Below are positions 28,851 through 38,130 of a stretch of DNA of 64,000 bases, in pieces. Source of the DNA: a bacterium (lineage in GTDB: Bacteria; Cyanobacteriota; Vampirovibrionia; Gastranaerophilales; JBAXKC01); NCBI GenBank assembly GCA_037137535.1, contig JBAXKC010000009.1, forward strand, positions 26,871-90,870, in the 5' to 3' direction. Below the pieces are notes generated by a model. It was not told the origin of the DNA, did not search any database, and worked only from the letters and a program-made list of their open reading frames with translations. Each line of letters begins with the position of its first letter. The stretch's first letter is position 1. The translations under genes and the position numbers were made by a program.

Positions 28851-29971
28851 TAATTTGTAGCCTCTTTTATACTCTGAATTAAATCTTGGTAAGACTCAAC
28901 TCCTTCATACTTATGTATTCCTATAAAGTAAGTAGGAGTTCCTGTAACACCGAGCTTATGAGCTCTTTCAACATCAACGCTTATTTCTTTCTTAAATTGA
29001 GGTGATTTAATATCAACATTTAACTTGTTCATATCAACACCTATATCTTTCGCCATTTTAGCAAGATTTTTTTCCTCTAAATGATCTTGATTCAAGAAAA
29101 GCATTGTGGAATATTGCTTAAACTTACCTTGTTTTTGAACAGCTTTAGCGTACATAACAGCATTACAACTGTTTTTATGAAAACTTTCCTTTATGTATTT
29201 ATTACAAGTTTTATTAAGTGGAAAATCATGGTGATTAATTTTTATGGTTGGATAATTTTGCTCAAGCTGTAAGAAATAAAATTGCGCCAATTGACAATAA
29301 GGGCATTGATAATCTGTATATACGTCTATTGTTACAGGTCTTGTTAATTTCAATGATTTTGCATTATTTGAACTTATTTTATCAGCTTTCACAAAAAGCC
29401 CTGATGCGTTAGCATAAGTAATAAACGAAGCAATAATTACCGTTAAAGTTATTGTGAAAATAATTTTATGTTTTGTAGAAAATAGTTTTTTCATATCGTT
29501 AAAGCAATTCCTTACATGATCGATAACTCCGAGATTAGTTTTACTTAAAAAGAAAATCATAAAATTAAGCAAATAAGTAAAAGAGCAAAGCACACACAAT
29601 GCGTGAATTTGGAAAAGGCTAACACAACCTAAATACAAAGAAGATAATACCGCTAATATAGAAGCACCAAAGATATAACTTTTATGGTTATTAAATTCTT
29701 TTAAAAAATTAATTTTGGGTAATATTTGCTCAATAAAGAGAACAAACATGTAAAATGCCAGTCCATAAACAGATAATGGCAGTCCAAATAATACTGAAAA
29801 ACTGCTTTTTTCTACTTTATCACAGTTAATATAACTATTTACCGTACAAAAACTACTTCCCACATTCGTTAGAAAGTTAGCACGATAATACAAATATGTA
29901 AGTACAAGTGTAGTTAATATCCCTAAAACAGCAATAATAGTAAGAATATTTTTTTTAATGAAAGCTCTCAT
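28850..29971 (-). CDS. VKOR-family disulfide-bond protein fused to a DsbA-like thioredoxin
   Basis: VKOR loop C-x7-C and CVLC in a TM domain; C-terminal DYQCPYC and GTP cis-Pro motif. Confidence 0.85.
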   Translation of the reverse strand: MRAFIKKNILTIIAVLGILTTLVLTYLYYRANFLTNVGSSFCTVNSYINCDKVEKSSFSVLFGLPLSVYGLAFYMFVLFIEQILPKINFLKEFNNHKSYIFGASILAVLSSLYLGCVSLFQIHALCVLCSFTYLLNFMIFFLSKTNLGVIDHVRNCFNDMKKLFSTKHKIIFTITLTVIIASFITYANASGLFVKADKISSNNAKSLKLTRPVTIDVYTDYQCPYCQLAQFYFLQLEQNYPTIKINHHDFPLNKTCNKYIKESFHKNSCNAVMYAKAVQKQGKFKQYSTMLFLNQDHLEEKNLAKMAKDIGVDMNKLNVDIKSPQFKKEISVDVERAHKLGVTGTPTYFIGIHKYEGVESYQDLIQSIKEATN

Positions 29972-30051
29972 AAAGATTACCCCTGCAAGCCTAACAGCTG
30001 TAATTTACAATAATATAATACCACAGGTCGTGTCATCAGATTAAGTAACAA

Positions 30052-30085
30052 ATAAAAAGTATCTTATTTACAAGATACTTTTTAT
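30052..30085 (-). terminator. Terminator after clpP
   Basis: ATAAAAAGTATCTT-N6-AAGATACTTTTTAT. Confidence 0.7.
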
Positions 30086-30106
30086 AAAGAAATTATACTT
30101 TTATAA

Positions 30107-30730
30107 TTAATCGTTTGATGTTGGAACGGAAGGAGCTTTTTCAACAACTTTATCAATTAATCCATAGTCTTTTGCATCATAAGCTGACATAAAGAAATCT
30201 CTTTCAGTATCTGCTGCAACTTTTTCGTAGCTTTGTCCTGTATGTTTTGACATTAATTCATTTAAAGTCTTTTTCATTCTGCCGATTTCTTGAGCTTCAA
30301 TTTGAATATCGGTAGCTTGTCCTCTAGCACCACCTGATGGTTGGTGAATCATAATTCTTGAATGAGGAAGAGCCATACGCTTACCGGGAGTACCTGCTGA
30401 TAAAAGGAAAGCACCCATACTTGCCGCCTGACCAAGACAAATTGTTAAAACATCAGCCTGAATTAGATTCATTGTATCAAAAATAGCTAATCCGGCAGTA
30501 ATTACGCCCCCAGGGCTATTAATATACATCATAATATCTTTTTCAGAATTTTCAGAATCAAGCACTAAAAGTTGAGCAACGATTGCATTTGCCATATCGT
30601 CCTCTACTTCAGTACCTAAATATATAATTCTTTCTCTTAGTAATCTTGAAAAGATATCAAAGGATTTTTCTCCTCTGCTTGAACTTTCAATAACTGTAGG
30701 AACGTAACTTAATATTTTTTGAACATCCAT
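30107..30730 (-). CDS. clpP: ATP-dependent Clp protease proteolytic subunit
   Basis: [37 protein letters not shown]; start uncertain (GTG 30763 or ATG 30730). Confidence 0.96.
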   Translation of the reverse strand: MDVQKILSYVPTVIESSSRGEKSFDIFSRLLRERIIYLGTEVEDDMANAIVAQLLVLDSENSEKDIMMYINSPGGVITAGLAIFDTMNLIQADVLTICLGQAASMGAFLLSAGTPGKRMALPHSRIMIHQPSGGARGQATDIQIEAQEIGRMKKTLNELMSKHTGQSYEKVAADTERDFFMSAYDAKDYGLIDKVVEKAPSVPTSND

Positions 30731-30852
30731 TTTTTCAGCCCTTTGACTTTTGTCATAACGCACAATTAGTTTAGCACAAAATTATATTTATGGTGGATGT
30801 TAAATATCATAAAAAATTATATAAATTTATTTATAGGCTGGGAGTATAAATA

Positions 30853-31416
30853 ATGATAACTAAAGCAATTGAATTTGCAGCGATTGCACATAACGGACAA
30901 TATCGAAAAGGCACAAATATTCCATATATAGTCCATCCTATGACTGTAATGTACTATTTAATGGACAATTGTTGTTGTGAAAAACAATTAACCGCAGCTA
31001 TTTTACATGATGTTTTAGAAGATACAATCTCAACAAGTAAAGAGATAGAAAAAGAATTTGGTACAGAGATTTTAGAGATGGTGACTTATCTCACCGAGCC
31101 GAATAAATCAAAAAGCTGGAAAGAAAGAAAAGAACACACAATTAATGTAATAAAGAATGAAATGCCCTTAAACGTTCTCTACGTTTCTTGTGCGGATAAA
31201 CTACATAATTTACGTTGTTTTCATGAAAATTATTTAAAAATCGGTGAAAAATTATGGTCAAATTTTGCAGCACCGAAAGAAGAACAAAAATGGTATTATA
31301 AATCATTGGCTGATGCATTTATACACAGAGCAAAAGGACTTGATAACAAAAAATTATTTGAAGACTTTAACGAAGAAGTAAATGTTTTTTTTAATAGTAT
31401 TGTTAAATTTGATTAA
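30853..31416 (+). CDS. Stand-alone HD-domain protein, small alarmone hydrolase/Mesh1-like
   Basis: HNGQYRKG, PYIVHP, LHDVLEDT, ADKLHN. Confidence 0.8.
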   Translation: MITKAIEFAAIAHNGQYRKGTNIPYIVHPMTVMYYLMDNCCCEKQLTAAILHDVLEDTISTSKEIEKEFGTEILEMVTYLTEPNKSKSWKERKEHTINVIKNEMPLNVLYVSCADKLHNLRCFHENYLKIGEKLWSNFAAPKEEQKWYYKSLADAFIHRAKGLDNKKLFEDFNEEVNVFFNSIVKFD

Positions 31417-31560
31417 AATATTGTAAACAGTTATTAATTGGGGTTATATACTGTTTTTACATGCTTTTACGCTCTTATACTGAACAAATAAATAGGCAGG
31501 CTCTTTACATATTGAACATATGAATATATTATACTATTGTCTATTAGTCTATCGAGAACC

Positions 31561-31977
31561 ATGAGTATGTTAAATACAGACGGTCATAAAAAAATACTTA
31601 TTATCGAAGATGATCTTGATAATCAAGAGCTTTTAAAAGAAGTTATCGATTATTGCTTGCCCGGTTGTACTTATGCTACAGTCAATGATGGTGAAGAAGC
31701 TGTTAATGTTGCAGGTTCTTTAGATTTTGACATGGTATTTATGGATATGGCGTTGCCAAGAAAAAACGGTTTTGAAATAACCGATATTTTAAGAAAAACT
31801 CAGGATTATAAAGACACACCTATCGTTGCCTTAACAGGACAGGTAATGAAAGGAATGAAAGAAAAAGTTTTAACTTCGGGCTTTGACGAGTATTTACCTA
31901 AACCATGCCGTCCGAATGACATAATAAATGTTCTAAAAAAATACATAAATCAAAAAGCAAAAATTCTTATAAAATAA
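31561..31977 (+). CDS. Single-domain response regulator (CheY/DivK-like receiver)
   Basis: IIEDD, FMDMALP, ALTG, KP; start 31561 or 31567. Confidence 0.9.
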   Translation: MSMLNTDGHKKILIIEDDLDNQELLKEVIDYCLPGCTYATVNDGEEAVNVAGSLDFDMVFMDMALPRKNGFEITDILRKTQDYKDTPIVALTGQVMKGMKEKVLTSGFDEYLPKPCRPNDIINVLKKYINQKAKILIK

Positions 31978-31983
31978 ATATAT

Positions 31984-32069
31984 GGGAGGAGTCAGGGATA
32001 CTGACCGGAGTTTTTAAAACTCATATTGAATTTTACACTATCAGCAATTTTTGCAGGTAGTGTCTTTTT
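31984..32069. ncRNA. Structured intergenic element similar to the 4838-4859 sRNA core
   Basis: Three hairpins (31991-32005, 32008-32022, 32035-32063); 18/23 identity to 4838-4859; strand unresolved. Confidence 0.4.
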
Positions 32070-32149
32070 GTAAAGTTGTTATCATTTGGCAAATAAGATA
32101 TAAATTATTAATATTGATATAATAATTAGTTTACAATAAGGAGAAACGG

Positions 32150-32407
32150 ATGAATCCATATCAAGCACAAATCCAGACAAGAAAACCGCTTTTAATCTTT
32201 TTAAAACACGTTGGACCTCCTGTTGTTTTGTATATAGAAGATGTTGAAACTGCTTATAATGAAGTTAAAAAAATAATCACTACAGCTAATCCGCAAGCTC
32301 CTAAATTAATAGAAAAAATTGGAAATGGTCCTTTGAAAAAAGTAGCCATTCTTGATACGCAGATTGCAGGAGTTGCAATTCAAGAAGAAAATTTTGTCGG
32401 GCAGTAA
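32150..32407 (+). CDS. Small conserved protein, possibly cyanobacterial UPF0367-like
   Basis: AAGGAG RBS; size and pattern (LIFLKH.GPP..., KKVAILDTQIAGVAIQEE) recall UPF0367; recognition by eye only. Confidence 0.6.
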   Translation: MNPYQAQIQTRKPLLIFLKHVGPPVVLYIEDVETAYNEVKKIITTANPQAPKLIEKIGNGPLKKVAILDTQIAGVAIQEENFVGQ

Positions 32408-32414
32408 GTTAATA

Positions 32415-33062
32415 ATGAAGAAATTTATAATTACATTTATTATTTTAATGGCTTTATCTTTTACTAGCAGATGCTTTGCGGCAGAAAAAACTATTGAAAA
32501 AGAATATAAAAACGGTATTTTATCTATTCATATTAATCAACTTCGCCCTGATGGAGTTGATGAAAAAAAATATGAAGCCTATAAAATATTAAAACCGTAT
32601 TTAAACAATAAATTACTTAAAGCCGCTGTAATTTGGAGAGAAGACGAATTATCCTACGGTGTAGAGGTTTCAATTTCACATTCTTATATTTCTCAAAAGT
32701 TAAAAAGAAGAATAACTACTGAAAAGTTTATTGATAAATTCCAAATTAATTTCATAGAGCCTGATCATACTATTATCCCTAATAACTTAGTCGAAGTTTC
32801 TTCTGAAGAAGTTCGTCAATCAAAACGTTTAAGAGAAAATGCCGATGTGTTCAGACATCATCAAGACTACGAAGCAGCATTAAGAACTTATTTACAGGCT
32901 CTCGAACATTATCCTTCCGACTGCGTTTCCTTGTATAGAATAGCAGAGATTTATCAATTTTATGGACAACTGGATACAAGTGAAGCATATTGTAAAAAAA
33001 TTGAACAAATTAATCCAAATTTTGCTAATTGGACAAGAAATAAACTGAAATCATCAAATTAA
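32415..33062 (+). CDS. Exported protein with C-terminal TPRs
   Basis: MKKFIITFII...CFA signal peptide; TPR-like helices near C-terminus. Confidence 0.7.
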   Translation: MKKFIITFIILMALSFTSRCFAAEKTIEKEYKNGILSIHINQLRPDGVDEKKYEAYKILKPYLNNKLLKAAVIWREDELSYGVEVSISHSYISQKLKRRITTEKFIDKFQINFIEPDHTIIPNNLVEVSSEEVRQSKRLRENADVFRHHQDYEAALRTYLQALEHYPSDCVSLYRIAEIYQFYGQLDTSEAYCKKIEQINPNFANWTRNKLKSSN

Positions 33063-33217
33063 AGTTATATCTCCTCACGAATGAACATTGTGATTACAAA
33101 ATCCATTGGCTGACTTTTTATTTTTTTTACAAAATGGGATTTCTTTAATTAACTTTAGTCGCAAAATAATCAAAAGTCTTATTATTAAGTTTTAAATTAT
33201 TAAAAATATATAGAAAT

Positions 33218-33242
33218 GCAAAAGAGGCTACGCCTCTTTTGC
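33218..33242. terminator. Perfect 11-bp hairpin, terminator-like
   Basis: GCAAAAGAGGC-TAC-GCCTCTTTTGC. Confidence 0.55.
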
Positions 33243-33459
33243 CGCTGATGGGTGGCTGCGAGCAGGGTTTTTGATAATTTAAATTAGCGATTCAATTTAA
33301 CTATCTATATTCACGAATAACTTTAACCGACTAACTTAAACAACACGACTAATGTTAACCAATATGGATAATGATAATATCACTTTTTGTAAGATTAAAT
33401 AATACAATCTGTTATTAATCTTGATTATTATTGATTAAATCTATATTAAGGGGAATTTT

Positions 33460-33657
33460 ATGAACGAATTAAGAGCAAGTGTAAACAAAAATGCATGTAT
33501 AGGTTGTGGACTTTGTGCTGAAATATGCCCGTCTGTTTTCTCAATGACTCCACAGGGACTAGCTGAAACAACAGCTTCTATAGTTGATCCATCAATGGGA
33601 CAAGCAGTTAGAGAAGCGGCTCACTCTTGTCCGACAAATGCAATTTCAGTTTTCTAA
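33460..33657 (+). CDS. Mono-cluster [4Fe-4S] ferredoxin
   Basis: CIGCGLCAEICP and SCPTNAI; AAGGGG RBS. Confidence 0.92.
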   Translation: MNELRASVNKNACIGCGLCAEICPSVFSMTPQGLAETTASIVDPSMGQAVREAAHSCPTNAISVF

Positions 33658-33681
33658 GAAAAAATAAAATTTTTAAAAGGG

Positions 33682-33718
33682 AAGGCTATGCGTGAATTTT
33701 ACATGTATAGCCTTTTTT
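33682..33718 (+). terminator. Terminator between ferredoxin and convergent TPR gene
   Basis: AAGGCTATGCGTG-loop-CATGTATAGCCTT followed by T tract. Confidence 0.6.
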
Positions 33719-35501
33719 ATAAAGCACTATTCCAGTTTTTTATCATCTTTTGTAAATCACTAATTTTAAACTCCGGCTTTGCAGACGGATAAAGTCCTTC
33801 TAAAATTATATATTTTTTTAATTCCTCAATCGCTTTTTGCGTATTCCCGAGTTTATTCAAAGCTAATGCATAATAAATTCGAGTTCTCTTATGAGTCTCA
33901 TAAAATTTTATATTATTCTCAAAAACAAAGATTGCGCCTGTATAATCTTTTTTTCTATAATTTTCTAAACCAATTTCACAATTTTCATCAGCAGTTTTAA
34001 GCTTATTTGAAATTCTTTGCTGTATTAAGTTTGCCTGCTCCGAATATTTTTGAGTAGTTGCCAGAAGTTTTAAACTTTCTTGGGCTAAGTCATAATTTCT
34101 GTCAAAACACAAGTAACAGGTCAACTCAAAAATAAGATCATCGCTCATTCCATCTTTTAAAATAAGATCATATTTATTTTTTGCACTTAAATAATCTTCA
34201 TTGAGATTAGAAGCTCTAAAAGAATCTATTAATGTTTTCTGATCGGGATATTCTGTAAGATTTGAAAGCTGGTAAATAACATCTTTCAATTGAGCAGAAA
34301 TACCTTGTGAAGAAACAATATTATTTTTAATCAAAGCAATTTTTATTTTGTTATAATCTTCTACTGCCGATAAATATTCACTATCAGCAATATAATTTCT
34401 TAAAGTAAAAACGCCTGTAAGATATTGCGTATAGTACAACTCCGCAAGTCCGTTCAAGGCTTTCAAATTATCGGGATTAGCCTTTAAAATACTTAATAAT
34501 AATTCTCTTGCTTCGGTTTCCCTGTCACAAATCAAAAAATAATAAGCCTTAACCGCTTTTTCATCTTCTTTATCAGTATTGTCGACATCCTCCGAAACTT
34601 TAGTTGAAGGCATTTCAGAAATAATAGCATCTAATTGGTTAATTCTTTGCTTAACCTCAGTTTCAAAGGGTTTAATTTCTAAAACAACATAATATTCATG
34701 TTTAGCTTTAAAAAAATCACCTAATTTTTCATAAATATTACCCATAAGATAATGAGTGTAATATGATTGCTCAAGGCTATAATCATTGGCTTTTTGCAAA
34801 TAATTCAATGCTTTTTCAAATCTTGCCTTTTCAATGCAAAATTCAGCTAAATTAATAAGCGTCTGAGGATTATAAACATCAAGCTCTTCAGCTTTCATAA
34901 GTTCATCTTGTCGTCTAAAATCATTACGGACTGCTTTATAATACATAGAAATCCCGATATGAGCCTGTGCATTTTTTTCATCAACTTCCAATGCTTTAAG
35001 AAAATATTTATTTGCTTGAGTTAAAATTCGTTGTTTCTTTGAATTAGCAAAAAAAGAATTTAAGTATTCAGGGTTTTCAGACTTTTTTAAATAGATTTTC
35101 CCCATCACGATATAAGCTAAAGCACAGTCTTCACTATAAGAAATAGACTTTCTCGCCGCATTTTCAGCCTCTTGAATTAAACCTTCATTAAATAAAATAT
35201 CTGAACCTATTGCATAAACTTCTGCATTTTGAGGAGCAATTTTTTTAGCAATATTAAGATAATATACCGATTTTTCTTTTAAACCTGCATCTTTATAAAA
35301 TTTCGACAATTCTAAGTTCAAACTTAAATCTTTTGGATTATTTTTGACCGCATTGGATAAATAATTTTCTTTTTTAACCGCAGGGCTTTCCTCATCTTCA
35401 TGAACTGTTATTGTTTGTGAATTTGCGCTCGAAATTATCGAACATGCAATAACCAACAATAGCAACATATTAACGGATTTAAAAATTCTTTTTTTCTTCA
35501 T
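33717..35501 (-). CDS. Exported TPR protein
   Basis: Signal peptide MKKKRIF...SSANS; multiple TPRs; start 35501 or 35537. Confidence 0.8.
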   Translation of the reverse strand: MKKKRIFKSVNMLLLLVIACSIISSANSQTITVHEDEESPAVKKENYLSNAVKNNPKDLSLNLELSKFYKDAGLKEKSVYYLNIAKKIAPQNAEVYAIGSDILFNEGLIQEAENAARKSISYSEDCALAYIVMGKIYLKKSENPEYLNSFFANSKKQRILTQANKYFLKALEVDEKNAQAHIGISMYYKAVRNDFRRQDELMKAEELDVYNPQTLINLAEFCIEKARFEKALNYLQKANDYSLEQSYYTHYLMGNIYEKLGDFFKAKHEYYVVLEIKPFETEVKQRINQLDAIISEMPSTKVSEDVDNTDKEDEKAVKAYYFLICDRETEARELLLSILKANPDNLKALNGLAELYYTQYLTGVFTLRNYIADSEYLSAVEDYNKIKIALIKNNIVSSQGISAQLKDVIYQLSNLTEYPDQKTLIDSFRASNLNEDYLSAKNKYDLILKDGMSDDLIFELTCYLCFDRNYDLAQESLKLLATTQKYSEQANLIQQRISNKLKTADENCEIGLENYRKKDYTGAIFVFENNIKFYETHKRTRIYYALALNKLGNTQKAIEELKKYIILEGLYPSAKPEFKISDLQKMIKNWNSAL

Positions 35502-35607
35502 GTAAACAATTTTACTATATTTTATTAATAAATCCATGTAATCTGAAGTATAATCTGTTAAAATAGTTTATAATTTTTGTAATACGTACATATTAAAAAG
35601 TAGAGTT

Positions 35608-36177
35608 ATGGTGAAAAAAGGTAATGTATTTGTATTCTCCGGTCCGTCCGGAGTAGGTAAAGGCACTTTGCTAAAAGAAATTTTGCAAATAATGCCCGAC
35701 ATTAAGCTGTCTGTTTCTGCAACAACTCGTACTCCAAGAAGTATTGAAGTTGAAGGAGTAAATTATTTCTTTACTACAAAAGAAAAATTTACTGAACAAA
35801 TTGAAAATAATGAATTTGTTGAATGGGCAGAATTTGCAGGAAACTATTACGGTACATATTTAAAAACCGTTAAAGACTCCCAAAAATCAGGAAATGATAT
35901 TGTGCTTGAAATTGAAGTGCAAGGAGCTATGCAGATAAGGGAGAAAATTCCCGAGGCCATATTAATCTTTATACTACCGCCATCACTTGATGAACTTGAA
36001 AAAAGACTTCTTAAAAGAAATACCGAAACAAGGGAAAGCATTGACAGAAGGCTTTCTATCGTAAAAAAAGAACTTACCTTGCTTGAAAAATTTGACCATA
36101 ATGTCGTAAATGAGGACCTAAATCAAGCTGTTGGCGAACTTATAGAAATTATAAATTCTGAACGACAAAAGGTTTAA
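35608..36177 (+). CDS. gmk: Guanylate kinase
   Basis: SGPSGVGKGT, SATTRTPR, GNYYGT, EIEVQGA. Confidence 0.97.
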   Translation: MVKKGNVFVFSGPSGVGKGTLLKEILQIMPDIKLSVSATTRTPRSIEVEGVNYFFTTKEKFTEQIENNEFVEWAEFAGNYYGTYLKTVKDSQKSGNDIVLEIEVQGAMQIREKIPEAILIFILPPSLDELEKRLLKRNTETRESIDRRLSIVKKELTLLEKFDHNVVNEDLNQAVGELIEIINSERQKV

Positions 36178-36182
36178 TACAA

Positions 36183-37391
36183 ATGTCACTTAAAGATAAA
36201 AAAATTCTTATCGGAATAACGGGTGGTATTGCAAGCTATAAAATTTGCGAACTTATAAGAATGTTTGTAAAAGCAGGTGCGGAAGTTAAAACCGTATTAA
36301 CTCCATCTGCTCTTGAATTTGTAACTGTTACAACATTACAGACCTTAACTAAAAATGACGTTTATGTTGAACAATTTAATTCAGAAAGCTGGAAACCCGA
36401 GCATATAAGTCTTGCAGACTCCTCCGATTTATTTTTAATTGCTCCTGCAACTGCCAATACCATAGGTAAAATTGCAAACGGTATTTGTGATAACCTTTTA
36501 ACCTCTTTAGCATGTGCTTTTTCAAAGAAAATAATCATAGCTCCTGCCATGAACTGCAACATGTGGAATAATAAGTTTGTTCAAAAAAATCTAAACAAAC
36601 TTATATCATTCGGCTGCAATGTTATCCCGACAGAAAAAGGCTTTCTTGCCTGTGGATACGAAGGACAGGGAAGAATGGCAGAAGTTGAAACAATTTATAA
36701 TACAGTTTCAGAGTTTTTTAATCAAAATAATCTATTAGAAAATAAACGCATAGTTATTACAGCAGGCGGAACAAAAGAACCTATTGATCCTGTAAGATAT
36801 ATTGGTAACAACAGTTCAGGAAAAATGGGCATTGCTATAGCTGATAAAGCCTATGAAATGGGTGCTGATGTTATCTTAATATCAACTGTAAAAGCAGAAA
36901 AACCCTATAAAGTTATTAATACTTCAAGTGCGATAGAAATGCTTGAATATACAAAACAGGAATTTCTCCAATCTGACGTCCTTATTATGGCTGCTGCTGT
37001 AGCAGATTACAGACCTGTAAATATTGCTGAAAATAAAATCAAAAAAACAAACAGCGATAATTTAACAATAGAATTAGTTAAAAATCCCGACATATTAAAG
37101 GAAATAGCTTTAATTAAAACAGAAAATCAAACAGTGATAGGCTTTTGCGCAGAAACACAAGATTTATTGGCAAATGCAGAATTGAAATTAAAAAATAAAA
37201 ATCTTGATTTCATTGTAGCTAATGATGTTTCAAATACTGAAATAGGTTTTAACAGTGATAATAACGAAGTTACCTTACTTTCAAAAAATGGAAGCATTGA
37301 AAAAGTAGAAAAAATGCCTAAAAAAATATTAGCTGATATTCTTTTAAAAAAAACACTCCTAAATAATAAAGTGATGTTAAATAATGGTTAA
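36183..37391 (+). CDS. coaBC: Bifunctional phosphopantothenoylcysteine decarboxylase/synthetase
   Basis: GITGGIASYK, APATAN, PAMN, TAGGTKEPIDPVR, SSGKMG, AAVADY. Confidence 0.97.
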   Translation: MSLKDKKILIGITGGIASYKICELIRMFVKAGAEVKTVLTPSALEFVTVTTLQTLTKNDVYVEQFNSESWKPEHISLADSSDLFLIAPATANTIGKIANGICDNLLTSLACAFSKKIIIAPAMNCNMWNNKFVQKNLNKLISFGCNVIPTEKGFLACGYEGQGRMAEVETIYNTVSEFFNQNNLLENKRIVITAGGTKEPIDPVRYIGNNSSGKMGIAIADKAYEMGADVILISTVKAEKPYKVINTSSAIEMLEYTKQEFLQSDVLIMAAAVADYRPVNIAENKIKKTNSDNLTIELVKNPDILKEIALIKTENQTVIGFCAETQDLLANAELKLKNKNLDFIVANDVSNTEIGFNSDNNEVTLLSKNGSIEKVEKMPKKILADILLKKTLLNNKVMLNNG

Positions 37392-38130
37392 AAGCTCTAA
37401 AATCATAGCTAAAATAGAAAAATTTGCACCTCATGAGCTTGCCTGCGAATGGGATAATTCAGGATGGCAGGTTTTTTGTAATAATAATGACATTAAAAAA
37501 GTCATGTTAGCCCTTAATCCTGATGAAGAAGTTATAAATCAAGCAATAACAAATAATTGTAACCTTTTAATAACCCATCATCCTTTAATATTCAGTAAAA
37601 TAAACAGATTATCCATAAAAAATCCCAATCAATCCGTAATAATTAAAGCAATACAAAACGAATTAAATATCTATTCAGCTCATACGAATCTTGATAAAAC
37701 AGAGGGCGGAACAGGCGACTACCTTGCAGAAATATTAGGACTTACAGGAATTGAAACCATTGAAGAGTTTGTCAAAAAAGGAAGCCTTGCAAAACCTGTT
37801 TCAATTGAAAAATTTGCTTTAACCGTAAAAAAAGTTGTTAATACGGACTGCCTAAGAATAATAAATAACGCAAATACAGAAATGGTTAAGAATGTTGCAC
37901 TTTGTACAGGCTCAGGAGCTGATTTCATCCATAAATTAAGAGATATTGACGTTTATATAACAGGTGATGTCAAATATCACAATGCTCTTAATGCAATTAA
38001 GTTTGCGGTAATTGATGCAGGACATTTTGAAACGGAAGTGCTTTATTTGCCTGTAATCAAAAAATTATTATCTGATTTAGATATAGAAATTATAATAGCA
38101 GAAGAAAAATCGCCGTGGAAAACTCTTTAA
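37384..38130 (+). CDS. Nif3-like dinuclear metal protein
   Basis: WDNSG, THHP, HTNLD, TGDVKYH, GHFETE. Confidence 0.92.
   Translation: MVKSSKIIAKIEKFAPHELACEWDNSGWQVFCNNNDIKKVMLALNPDEEVINQAITNNCNLLITHHPLIFSKINRLSIKNPNQSVIIKAIQNELNIYSAHTNLDKTEGGTGDYLAEILGLTGIETIEEFVKKGSLAKPVSIEKFALTVKKVVNTDCLRIINNANTEMVKNVALCTGSGADFIHKLRDIDVYITGDVKYHNALNAIKFAVIDAGHFETEVLYLPVIKKLLSDLDIEIIIAEEKSPWKTL

Noticed and set aside
36177-36183. No rpoZ between gmk and coaBC
   Set aside because: Gene order variation only; no remnant in the 5-nt gap
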